Below, in pieces: positions 45,608 to 54,900 of a stretch of DNA of 64,000 nucleotides. How positions within the stretch are numbered: position 1 is the stretch's first letter; every line of letters starts with the position of its first letter. This DNA is from Flavobacteriales bacterium (GTDB lineage: Bacteria > Bacteroidota > Bacteroidia > Flavobacteriales > Flavobacteriaceae), in contig JBBSOQ010000010.1 in the NCBI GenBank assembly GCA_038259585.1, positions 30,678 through 94,677 on the forward strand, read 5' to 3'. The translations under genes and the position numbers were made by a program. The notes under the pieces were generated by a model. The model did not search any database. It was given only the letters and a program-made list of their open reading frames with translations, and had not been told where the DNA came from.

Positions 45608-48130
45608 TTATTTATTAGAATTGGGGTTTTTCGTGATTTGTAAACGTTTCCGCCATTTTACAATTTCAAACCAAATTACACTTAACACACCTATTCCAAT
45701 GCTAACACCAATCTGGTTTAAAGTAAGTCTTTCAAATCCAAAGAATTTAGTGAATCCAGGTACAAAAAGAAGCAACAAAGTAATCCCAACAGTAATACTC
45801 ACGATAATTGGCACCAAGGTATTTTTATATTTAAAAGTGGTGAAAACAGAATAGATGAAAGAACGGTTTACGAAAGTCAACACTATATTTGCGGTTATGA
45901 GTGCGGTAAAAACCATGGTTCTTGTTATTGATTCATTTGCGCCATTATTTACAGCAATTTGATAAACGGAAAGCATACCCACTGTAATTGCCAGTCCTTG
46001 AATTATACTTGTGAAAAGTTCCTGCCAATTAAAAAATGTACTCGAAAATGGCCTTGGTTTTTGAAGCATGGAATCTTTTTCCAGCGGTTCGTTTTCGTAG
46101 ACAATTGAGCAGGTTGGCCCCATTATCAATTCCAACAAAATTACGTGAACGGGTGTAAAAATATTCGGATATACCCAACCCAAAACCAAAGGGAAAAACA
46201 CCGTCAGTATAATCGGTATATGGATTGAAATAATATATTGAATGGCTTTTTTAAGATTGAAATAGATTTTTCTACCCATAGCCACAGCTTCCACCATTTT
46301 GGAAAGGTCATCATCCACAAGTATCAGCGAAGCGGATTGTTTGGCGATCTCCGTCCCTTTTTTCCCCATTGCCACACCAATATTTGCGGCTTTTAGCGCG
46401 GGACCATCATTTACGCCATCTCCCGTCATTGCCACTATATGTCCTTGGGCTTTAAGAGCATTTATTATTTTAAGTTTTGCTTCGGGAAACATCCGGGCGA
46501 AAATGTTTTTTTCTGAAGTGATTTTTTGCAGTTCAGAGTCATTCAAGGAAATAATATCGTCTCCAGATACCACTTCATCAGATCCTTTGAAGTTTACTTT
46601 TTTAGCAATGGCTGCAGTAGTTTCAGCAATATCGCCAGTGATTATTTTTACAGCAATCCCAGCATTATAAAAATCCTGAAACACTTTTGAAATGTTCTGT
46701 TTGGGCGGATCGTAAAAAGCGACCAATCCTTTGAATTCAAAACTGAAATCCTGTTGCTTCTTTGGCCAATCTGTTCCTTCAAATTTTGAAATCCCCACTC
46801 CCAAAACACGATATCCTTCTGATGCCAAAAAGATAATTTTATGTTTTAAATTTTCCTTTTCGCTATCACTTAAATCTGATACCGCCATCATTGCTTCGGG
46901 CGCGCCTTTGGCAGCAATAATTCGATTGCCTTCAGCATTTTCAAAAATATGGGTCATCATCGGGGGTTTGCCACCCAATGGATATTCATGAACCATTTTG
47001 AAATTGGGCCTTTCATCATTTTCGGCAATCTTTTCATAGAAATTGTGTAGCGATTGCTCCATCGTATCAAATGGAATAGGTTCACTGGCCCACACTGCTG
47101 TGGTTATAAGCACTTTTTCACTGTTAGAAAGTGTTTCTTCCACCGAATTAATCTTATCCGTTTCTAAAGTGTAAATCTTATCTAGACGCATCTTATTCTC
47201 TGTAATCGTACCCGTTTTGTCCACACAAATTACAGTCGCGCTGCCCAATGACTCTACGGTTTTCATTTGTTTTACAATTACTCCCAGATTCATCAATCTC
47301 CAAGCGCCAATGGCCATAAATGTTGTAAAAGCCACAGGAATTTCCTCTGGCAAAACGCTCATTGCAAGGGTAAGTGCTTTTAAAAGACTGTCTAAAACGT
47401 CTAACGAATTATAGTAATTGATGCCCCAAACCAATAAAAAAATAACCGCTCCCGCGATTACCATCTTTTTTACGAAATTGTTTATTTGAAGTTCAAGCGT
47501 AGATTTTTCAGAAGAAATATCTTCAATACTTTTGCCAATTTTTCCAACTTTTGTCTGGTTGCCTACTGCAGAAATTTTAGCAATAGCGAGCCCTCCCGCC
47601 ACTTGCGTTCCCATATAAATTCGGTTGTCCTCAGAAAAAGCATCTTTCTCTGAAGAAAAGGATTCTCCCGTTAAAATGGATTCGTTTACCGAGAAATCGT
47701 TGGAATGTACAATGGTTCCATCAGCAACGATTGTTGAACCCTCTTCAACCATCAAAAAGTCACCAACAACAACATCTTTACTCATTATTTCAATGACTTC
47801 CCCATTGCGGATTACCTTACAATGTGGCTGTGAAAGTTCTTTGAGCTTTTCAAGTGCGTTATGAGTTTTGGCGTCTTGATAGAGTGATATTGCAGCAACC
47901 AAAAGAATTGCGGCTGCGAGAAAAATTCCATCACCCGTATTTCCTGTGAAAAAATATAGCGTAGCGGCAACCAGCAATAAAATAACCATTGGTTCCTTTG
48001 CCAAGCCTTTTATAGCTTCCAGAAAATGGTTTTTCTTTTTTGACTCAAGAATATTACTGCCAAACTTTTTCCGCAGAGCTAAGACTTCGGAATCTGTCAG
48101 CCCTTTAATGTTGAAGTTAGTTATGGGCAT
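45608..48130 (-). CDS. Cation-transporting P-type ATPase (type II-like)
   Basis: LTGES, PEEIP, DKTGT, MTGDGVND. Confidence 0.93.
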   Translation of the reverse strand: MPITNFNIKGLTDSEVLALRKKFGSNILESKKKNHFLEAIKGLAKEPMVILLLVAATLYFFTGNTGDGIFLAAAILLVAAISLYQDAKTHNALEKLKELSQPHCKVIRNGEVIEIMSKDVVVGDFLMVEEGSTIVADGTIVHSNDFSVNESILTGESFSSEKDAFSEDNRIYMGTQVAGGLAIAKISAVGNQTKVGKIGKSIEDISSEKSTLELQINNFVKKMVIAGAVIFLLVWGINYYNSLDVLDSLLKALTLAMSVLPEEIPVAFTTFMAIGAWRLMNLGVIVKQMKTVESLGSATVICVDKTGTITENKMRLDKIYTLETDKINSVEETLSNSEKVLITTAVWASEPIPFDTMEQSLHNFYEKIAENDERPNFKMVHEYPLGGKPPMMTHIFENAEGNRIIAAKGAPEAMMAVSDLSDSEKENLKHKIIFLASEGYRVLGVGISKFEGTDWPKKQQDFSFEFKGLVAFYDPPKQNISKVFQDFYNAGIAVKIITGDIAETTAAIAKKVNFKGSDEVVSGDDIISLNDSELQKITSEKNIFARMFPEAKLKIINALKAQGHIVAMTGDGVNDGPALKAANIGVAMGKKGTEIAKQSASLILVDDDLSKMVEAVAMGRKIYFNLKKAIQYIISIHIPIILTVFFPLVLGWVYPNIFTPVHVILLELIMGPTCSIVYENEPLEKDSMLQKPRPFSSTFFNWQELFTSIIQGLAITVGMLSVYQIAVNNGANESITRTMVFTALITANIVLTFVNRSFIYSVFTTFKYKNTLVPIIVSITVGITLLLLFVPGFTKFFGFERLTLNQIGVSIGIGVLSVIWFEIVKWRKRLQITKNPNSNK

Positions 48131-48186
48131 TTATAGAAAACATTTTATTTATCTATAAATGTATGAATTGTTAACTCATTGATTTA

Positions 48187-48198
48187 TGACAACTATCA
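48187..48198. promoter_or_regulatory. Fnr-like box TGAC-AACT-ATCA upstream of the P-type ATPase gene
   Basis: Centre 36.5 bp from - strand TACATTTA (48156-48163). Confidence 0.7.
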
Positions 48199-48291
48199 TT
48201 TACAGAAATGAAATTGTATAAAAGTTTAAACGATGTCTCTACTTAAGTTTCTTTTGAGCCAATACGACCAGAAATATATGTTGGAAGAAAT

Positions 48292-49833
48292 TTACAGCGG
48301 AATATTTCCGTGTTTTCGGTTCGGTCTCGGGACATCCTTGGTTTCCAACATTGCAAAAGCTTTCAATAATTTCCTTCGTGTTTCACGCGGTTGTATTACT
48401 TCATCAATAAATCCGCGTTGTGCTGCTTTAAAGGGATTAGCGAATTTTTCGGCATATTCTGCTTCTTTTTCTGAAAGTTTTAGTTCAGGATTTTCAGCTG
48501 CAGCAATTTCCTTTTTGAAAATAATTTCACTAGCTCCCTTCGCTCCCATAACGGCTATTTCTGCAGTTGGCCACGCATAATTCATATCGGCGCCAATGTG
48601 CTTGCTATTCATCACATCATACGCACCGCCATAAGCTTTTCGTGTAATTACTGTAACTCGCGGCACCGTTGCTTCACTTAAAGCATAAAGCAATTTCGCA
48701 CCATTTAGAATAATCCCATTCCATTCTTGATCCGTTCCCGGAAGAAATCCCGGAACATCTACCAAAACTAAAAGTGGAATGTTGAAGCAATCGCAAAAAC
48801 GTGTAAAACGCGCTCCTTTTTTAGAGCTATCTACGTCTAGAACTCCAGCCAAACTCATCGGTTGGTTTGCAACAATACCAATGCTTCTTCCGCCCAATCT
48901 TGCAAATCCAACTATAATATTATCTGCATAATCCTTATGCACTTCAAAAAATGAATCTTCGTCTATAATTCCTTTTATTACTTCGTGCATATCGTATGGT
49001 TTGTTGGCAGAATCTGGGACGATTGTTTCCAATTCATCCCGAAATTCATCCGAAGTTTCATAAGGCAATTTCTCGGTAATCGATTTATTGTTCTGCGGCA
49101 GATAGCTGAGCAGCGTTTTAATCTGTTCCAAACAAACAATATCATTAGCAGCCGTAAAATGCGTTACGCCACTTTTTGTAGCGTGCGTTCGCGCACCGCC
49201 CAATTCTTCGGAAGTTACATTTTCGTTTGTAACGGTTTTCACAACACTTGGACCAGTAACAAACATATAGCTACTGTCTTGAACCATCAATGTGAAATCT
49301 GTCATAGCTGGCGAATAAACCGCGCCGCCGGCACAAGGACCCATAATGGCCGAAATCTGCGGAATTACGCCCGAAGCTTGTACGTTTCTGTAAAAAATAT
49401 CAGCATAACCACCCAAAGAGCGAACGCCTTCCTGAATACGGGCGCCGCCAGAATCATTCAAACCAATTATTGGCGCGCCAACACTTACGGCGTGATCCAT
49501 TATTTTACAGATTTTCTCAGCGTGCGTTTCCGAAAGAGCGCCTCCGAAAACTGTAAAATCCTGTGCAAAAATATATACCAAACGGCCATTTATAGTTCCG
49601 TAGCCAGTAACAACGCCATCACCGTAATACACTTCTTTCTGCATATCGAAATCGGTAGTTCTGTGGGTAACGAGGATGCCCATTTCTTCAAAAGAGCCTT
49701 TATCTAAAAGATATTCAACGCGCTCCCTTGCTGTAAGTTTTTTCTTTTCGTGCTGCTTTGCAATTCGCTTTTCGCCTCCGCCTTTTTTTGCTTCGGAAAT
49801 TATTTCTTGCAGTTTTTTATTGTTGTTGGTCAT
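48292..49833 (-). CDS. pccB: Acyl-CoA (propionyl-CoA) carboxylase carboxyltransferase subunit
   Basis: [37 protein letters not shown]. Confidence 0.88.
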   Translation of the reverse strand: MTNNNKKLQEIISEAKKGGGEKRIAKQHEKKKLTARERVEYLLDKGSFEEMGILVTHRTTDFDMQKEVYYGDGVVTGYGTINGRLVYIFAQDFTVFGGALSETHAEKICKIMDHAVSVGAPIIGLNDSGGARIQEGVRSLGGYADIFYRNVQASGVIPQISAIMGPCAGGAVYSPAMTDFTLMVQDSSYMFVTGPSVVKTVTNENVTSEELGGARTHATKSGVTHFTAANDIVCLEQIKTLLSYLPQNNKSITEKLPYETSDEFRDELETIVPDSANKPYDMHEVIKGIIDEDSFFEVHKDYADNIIVGFARLGGRSIGIVANQPMSLAGVLDVDSSKKGARFTRFCDCFNIPLLVLVDVPGFLPGTDQEWNGIILNGAKLLYALSEATVPRVTVITRKAYGGAYDVMNSKHIGADMNYAWPTAEIAVMGAKGASEIIFKKEIAAAENPELKLSEKEAEYAEKFANPFKAAQRGFIDEVIQPRETRRKLLKAFAMLETKDVPRPNRKHGNIPL

Positions 49834-49838
49834 TGTAT

Positions 49839-51290
49839 TTACTTAGAAGTTTTTGGTAAACGAAGTTTTTCAGAATCCTTTAAATAGTGTCTCAATGCGA
49901 AAAGTGCAGCTAGTCTAGCTTCTTCCTCATTGATAGCATTAAGTTTTTCTTCGGAATAGTACTTTTTCACAAAATTAGTGTCGAAATTTCCGCTTCTAAA
50001 AGCTTCATGCTCAAACACAAATTTTCCAAAAGGAAGTGTTGTACTCACCCCTTCAATGTGGTATTCTGAAATGGCTTCCAGCATTGTTTGCATCGCCTCG
50101 TTTCTGGTTTTTCCATAAGTTATCAATTTTGAAAGCATTGGGTCGTACTGAATTGGCACTTGCATTCCTTCGGTAAAACCATCGTCCACGCGAATATTTT
50201 TTCCGCTCGGCGGACGATACACTTCCAGTTTTCCAACACTCGGCATAAAATTGTTTAATGGGTCTTCGGCATAAACGCGAAGTTCAAAAGCGTGACCGTT
50301 GATTTTCAAATCTTCCTGCGAAAAGGCAAGCTTTTCATTATTGGCAACATTTATCTGTTGTTCCACCAAATCTAACCCTGTAATAAGTTCTGTAACTGGA
50401 TGCTCCACTTGTAGACGCGTATTCATTTCAAGGAAGTAGAAATTGAGTTTATCGTCCAAAAGAAACTCCACCGTTCCCGCACCAACATAATCGCAAGCTT
50501 TTGCAACTTTCACCGCAGCTTCGCCCATTTGTTTGCGCAATTCTGGAGTCAACACTGACGATGGTGCTTCTTCCACCACTTTTTGATGGCGACGCTGAAT
50601 ACTGCATTCGCGTTCAAAAAGATACACTGTGTTTCCAAAATTATCAGCTAAAACCTGAATTTCAATATGACGTGGTGAAGTAACATATTTTTCAATAAAA
50701 ACAGAACCGTCACCGAACGCATTTTCAGCTTCACTGATAGCACGCTTCATCTGGTCTTTAAACTCGTTTGCGTTTTCAACAATTCGCATTCCTTTTCCAC
50801 CACCACCAGCAGAGGCTTTTATAAGGATTGGAAAACCTATTTCTTTAGCAATTTCCTTTGCTGCACCAACATCAGTAATGGCTTCAGCGGTTCCTGGAAC
50901 CATTGGGATGTTGTATTTCTTTACTGCATCTTTTGCAGCAAGTTTACTACCCATAACACGAATAGCATGGGATTTTGGACCGATAAAAATCATTCCACTT
51001 TTTTCAACCTGCTCGCCGAATTCAGCATTTTCACTTAAAAATCCATAACCGGGATGGATGGCTTCCACATTCAATTCCTTCGCAACCTTTATAATTTTAT
51101 CGCCTAAAAGATAAGATTCATTTGAAGGCGGCGGACCAATGCAAACAGCTTCGTCTGCATACTGTACGTGTGGCGCATTTCTATCTGCTTCGGAAAAAAC
51201 AGCAACCATTTTAATGCCCATATTTCGGGCAGTTTTCATTATTCGAAGTGCTATTTCACCACGGTTGGCGACTAATATTTTTTTAATCAT
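49839..51290 (-). CDS. accC: Biotin carboxylase subunit
   Basis: [40 protein letters not shown]. Confidence 0.88.
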   Translation of the reverse strand: MIKKILVANRGEIALRIMKTARNMGIKMVAVFSEADRNAPHVQYADEAVCIGPPPSNESYLLGDKIIKVAKELNVEAIHPGYGFLSENAEFGEQVEKSGMIFIGPKSHAIRVMGSKLAAKDAVKKYNIPMVPGTAEAITDVGAAKEIAKEIGFPILIKASAGGGGKGMRIVENANEFKDQMKRAISEAENAFGDGSVFIEKYVTSPRHIEIQVLADNFGNTVYLFERECSIQRRHQKVVEEAPSSVLTPELRKQMGEAAVKVAKACDYVGAGTVEFLLDDKLNFYFLEMNTRLQVEHPVTELITGLDLVEQQINVANNEKLAFSQEDLKINGHAFELRVYAEDPLNNFMPSVGKLEVYRPPSGKNIRVDDGFTEGMQVPIQYDPMLSKLITYGKTRNEAMQTMLEAISEYHIEGVSTTLPFGKFVFEHEAFRSGNFDTNFVKKYYSEEKLNAINEEEARLAALFALRHYLKDSEKLRLPKTSK

Positions 51291-51774
51291 GTCTTTCAAA
51301 TTCTATTAACAACATTCCTTTATCTACAGTTTCGCCTTTGGAAATGTTAACCGATTTAATAATTCCGTCACGCGGTGAAGTTAAAGTGTTTTCCATTTTC
51401 ATTGCTTCCAGCACACATAGAAAATCACCTTTCTTTATAGTGTCTCCTTTAGAAACATTTACTTCCAAAATCAAACCAGGCATCGGGGCATGGATTTCAT
51501 CTTCAACTGAAGCATTGCCCAGAGATAAACCCATCTTAGAAATAAGCGCGTCAAGTTCGTTTTCTATTTTAACTTGATAGCGATTGCCATTTATTGATAA
51601 AGTGTAGCTTCTTTTAGTAAAATCTGTTTCAAGGGTTTCAACCTCTACCGATTTGTTATTAAAGATAATGTTGGATTTTTTGTTGTCGGAAATGATATCA
51701 AGTGTTTCCAAATCTTTCGAATTCAATGAAAACTCAAAGTTATTATTTACTATCGCCTTAAATTCTTCTTCCAT
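51283..51774 (-). CDS. Biotin carboxyl carrier protein
   Basis: APMPG, EAMKMEN biotinylation motif. Confidence 0.93.
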   Translation of the reverse strand: MEEEFKAIVNNNFEFSLNSKDLETLDIISDNKKSNIIFNNKSVEVETLETDFTKRSYTLSINGNRYQVKIENELDALISKMGLSLGNASVEDEIHAPMPGLILEVNVSKGDTIKKGDFLCVLEAMKMENTLTSPRDGIIKSVNISKGETVDKGMLLIEFERHD

Positions 51775-51906
51775 AAATAGAAATTTTTATAAAGGTACTA
51801 TTTGCAGAAAGATTATGCCACTGCTTACCCTCAGTAAAATAAAAAAAACCTTGAAGATAAATGATATCAACAAGGTTTTATAATTTTAAAAATTTTAGTG
51901 TTTAAC

Positions 51907-54900
51907 CTATTTTTTAGGCTTCGCTTTTGGTTTTGGTTTCGGACTTTGCTTTGCCGTTTTTAGTTTCTGTTTTACAGTGTTCTCAGACTTCATTTTTTTT
52001 CTAACACCACTTAAGGCTGTCCTCAATTCGCTTATTCGGATTTCCAAATCTTTGTTCGGTTTATAACCATCACCAATCAAACCCGCCTCAACGTTTAGAG
52101 ATTGTGTTAAAAATTCAAGATGCTCTAACTCTGCTGCTTTTTTTGCTTCAGAACCTGCTTTTCGCCAAATAGTCTTAAAGTTTTGAATTACTTCATTCCA
52201 TTTTATTTCAATTTTTTCGTCTTCAAGAATCAAGAGAAGACATAAATCAATATTTAAGAAGGCGATTAGATCCCAATAATTAAGGTCTTCAGATTCCGAT
52301 TTTTGCTTTAATCTGTTTTGTTCGTTCTCAAGTATTTGTTGTGCTTCGGAAATAGATCTTAATTTATATTTTTTTCCTTCAACAGTAAAATCTCCACCAG
52401 GTTTCATTGCTCCACTAAAAACCAACAAACAAGAGAGTTCTATGGAATTTGCTATTGAATAAATTTTATTTGAATTTGAATTATTGTTATAAGCCCTGTC
52501 ATAATGTGAAATCGCGTTTTTATAGGCGGCAGTTCTTTTATTGGAATCTTGAGCCAACATGGCCAAACGTTTATAGGCGCTTCCCAAAAGGTTGTGACGT
52601 TCAGCTGTTTCACCTGCGAAAAGTAATACCGTAAGATCACTAATTACACGTTCTGTTTTTTGATAGGCTTCTTTTTTGGAAGCTGCAGTGGTTTCTTCAT
52701 TATCAAAAATTTCCCTGATATACATTTTTGCCCGTGTATTGCAATATTTTTCCATACAGGAAAAAGAGAAATCTGCATTTTCCATTTTTAGAAGCTCTTC
52801 ATAATTTCCAGAAGCATCAATATACATAGCCAGTTCTTGGTAAATTTTGGCAACTCTTTCTATAATTTGCGGCGTTCTAAAAACATCTCTATCTACCGCT
52901 TTCATAATGGTGTTTAACTCTGCCAAATGATCTTTATCTGCACTTGTTGCCATTTGTAATTGGTTGAGCAGGTTATCAAGATCTATCTCGGCTTCCTGTG
53001 GAACAATATAACTTGGCGACCAAGAGCCTTTGCCTGCAGAGATCCCTTTCAGTTTGAAGAAAGGATCGCCATAACATTGATAGGCGCCCCAAGTATTGTT
53101 GCCTGGATGTTTTTCATAAATGTAATTTCGTGCATTTTTTACTGCATCACCGAAATTATCTCCAGAGAACATGCTGCTGTAAAAAACATGCGCAAAATCT
53201 AATGCTGCGGCATCATTGACAGCCCAACCAGCAGCGATTACGGCTTTCACACCTATGCTTATTAATTGTGTTCCGATGTTTGCAGCTAGTTTATAACGAT
53301 CGCGATAAAATTTTTCATCTTCTGAATTGCTATAACCAAGGTGACAGCAGTTTACGAAGACAAGTTCGGGTACCACTGGCATCTGTTGTATTTCAAATAC
53401 TGTAAGAAATATATCCTTACCGATAACCATACCTGATTTTTTCGGAGACTTTGGATTGAAAACTCCGTGACCAGCCAAATGGATTATTGTATAATCATTG
53501 CAGAAAAAGTTCTTGACTATGCTTTCGGCATCCGTTCCTATAAGACTTGTGGTAGGGTAACCAACATTTTCCAAGGTGTCTTTAACCATCATTCCCTCTT
53601 CTTTTGCACCTGGCAATTGGGAAATAAATCCATTCAAAATAGGATCGGCAATAATCAATGCACCTTTTTCGGCAACACGTTTTATATTGATTCTATAGTC
53701 CTTGGTGGACAGTTGCCGTATCATTCCTGCATTAATACAAAGCGGTTTGGCGTTGGTTGTATTGTCTTGAAGTAATTCCCAAGGATATGAAGCCGTTTTG
53801 GTATCTAATATCCAAGAAATATTTCCTTTTCGTTTAAGCTTCTCCTTTAAATTATTAGGTATCAACAATTCAAAGAGGGTTTTTGCAGTACAGGCAGACC
53901 ATTGATTACTACTAGAAACTTCCGAAATAAAGAGATCAATCAACGGGGTACTGCTGTACAATTCATTCTCTTCCTCCCTAGAATCGCCTGTAGAAGAACC
54001 AAAAATCATACTTGATGGTTCCCCAGTTTGTTCATTGCCTTCTTTGAATTTAATGGTTATTCTGTTCCACCAATCCTCTGCATTGTCCAAGGGGGTTCTT
54101 TTCTGGATTCCCAATAAGTTTTTAATTCGCTTATTGCCTATAATTATATTGTAAGTTGAATTTTCCTTATTAGCTATTTTGTTGAGCACATACATACAGT
54201 TTAAAGCTCGATCTGCATAAAGTTCAATAATTTCAATGTTTTGAACTGTTCTGTAACTTCCATCCGATAACATTTTTACTTTATCATTAGCTCTGTTTAC
54301 CCCATCAATAATTGCTTTAAGGGAACCTTCAACTGAAAGACCGCCATATCCTGTTGCAATAATTAAGGATGAAACTCCGATTCCTTTCTTAGGAATGGTA
54401 GTGCCACGGATGCTTAGCAAATAATTTAAAACTCCCTGTTCTATAGATTTTGAAAGTTGAAAGGAGGTGAGTTGGTCTGGTTCGCCCAGTCCAATAATAA
54501 TTGAGCCTTCAAAATCGCTTTCATTCATTTTGCCAAATAGGGCGTTGGTACCTATTTCACCAGGATAAAGGCCTAATCTATGTTTTGAAGTTAGACTGCC
54601 GTTAAGATAATTATCTATTGCCCTTTCAGCATAAAGAACGCCATCATTCAAAAAATGGCCGGCGATAATTGGATATTCCGCATACCTTAAATCGCCATTA
54701 CTAACTGTGACCGTAACCGGTATTTGGCTACTAACAGGTTGTATTTCCTCACCAAGACCCAGAATAGTTTTCTCCAAACCATTTTCTGATAGATCAAAAT
54801 CTATATCTGGTTCTGCTCTAAATATTTTTTCTTCCCCGCGCAACAATGGTTTGGTGTTTCGAAGCAATTTTGTTTGACCCGTGGAAAGTATTTCTTCTAT

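Noticed and set aside
51858-51869. TAAA-TGAT-ATCA as a tenth Fnr-like box
   Set aside because: Left half-site is wrong and no -7 box lies in the 36.5-bp register.
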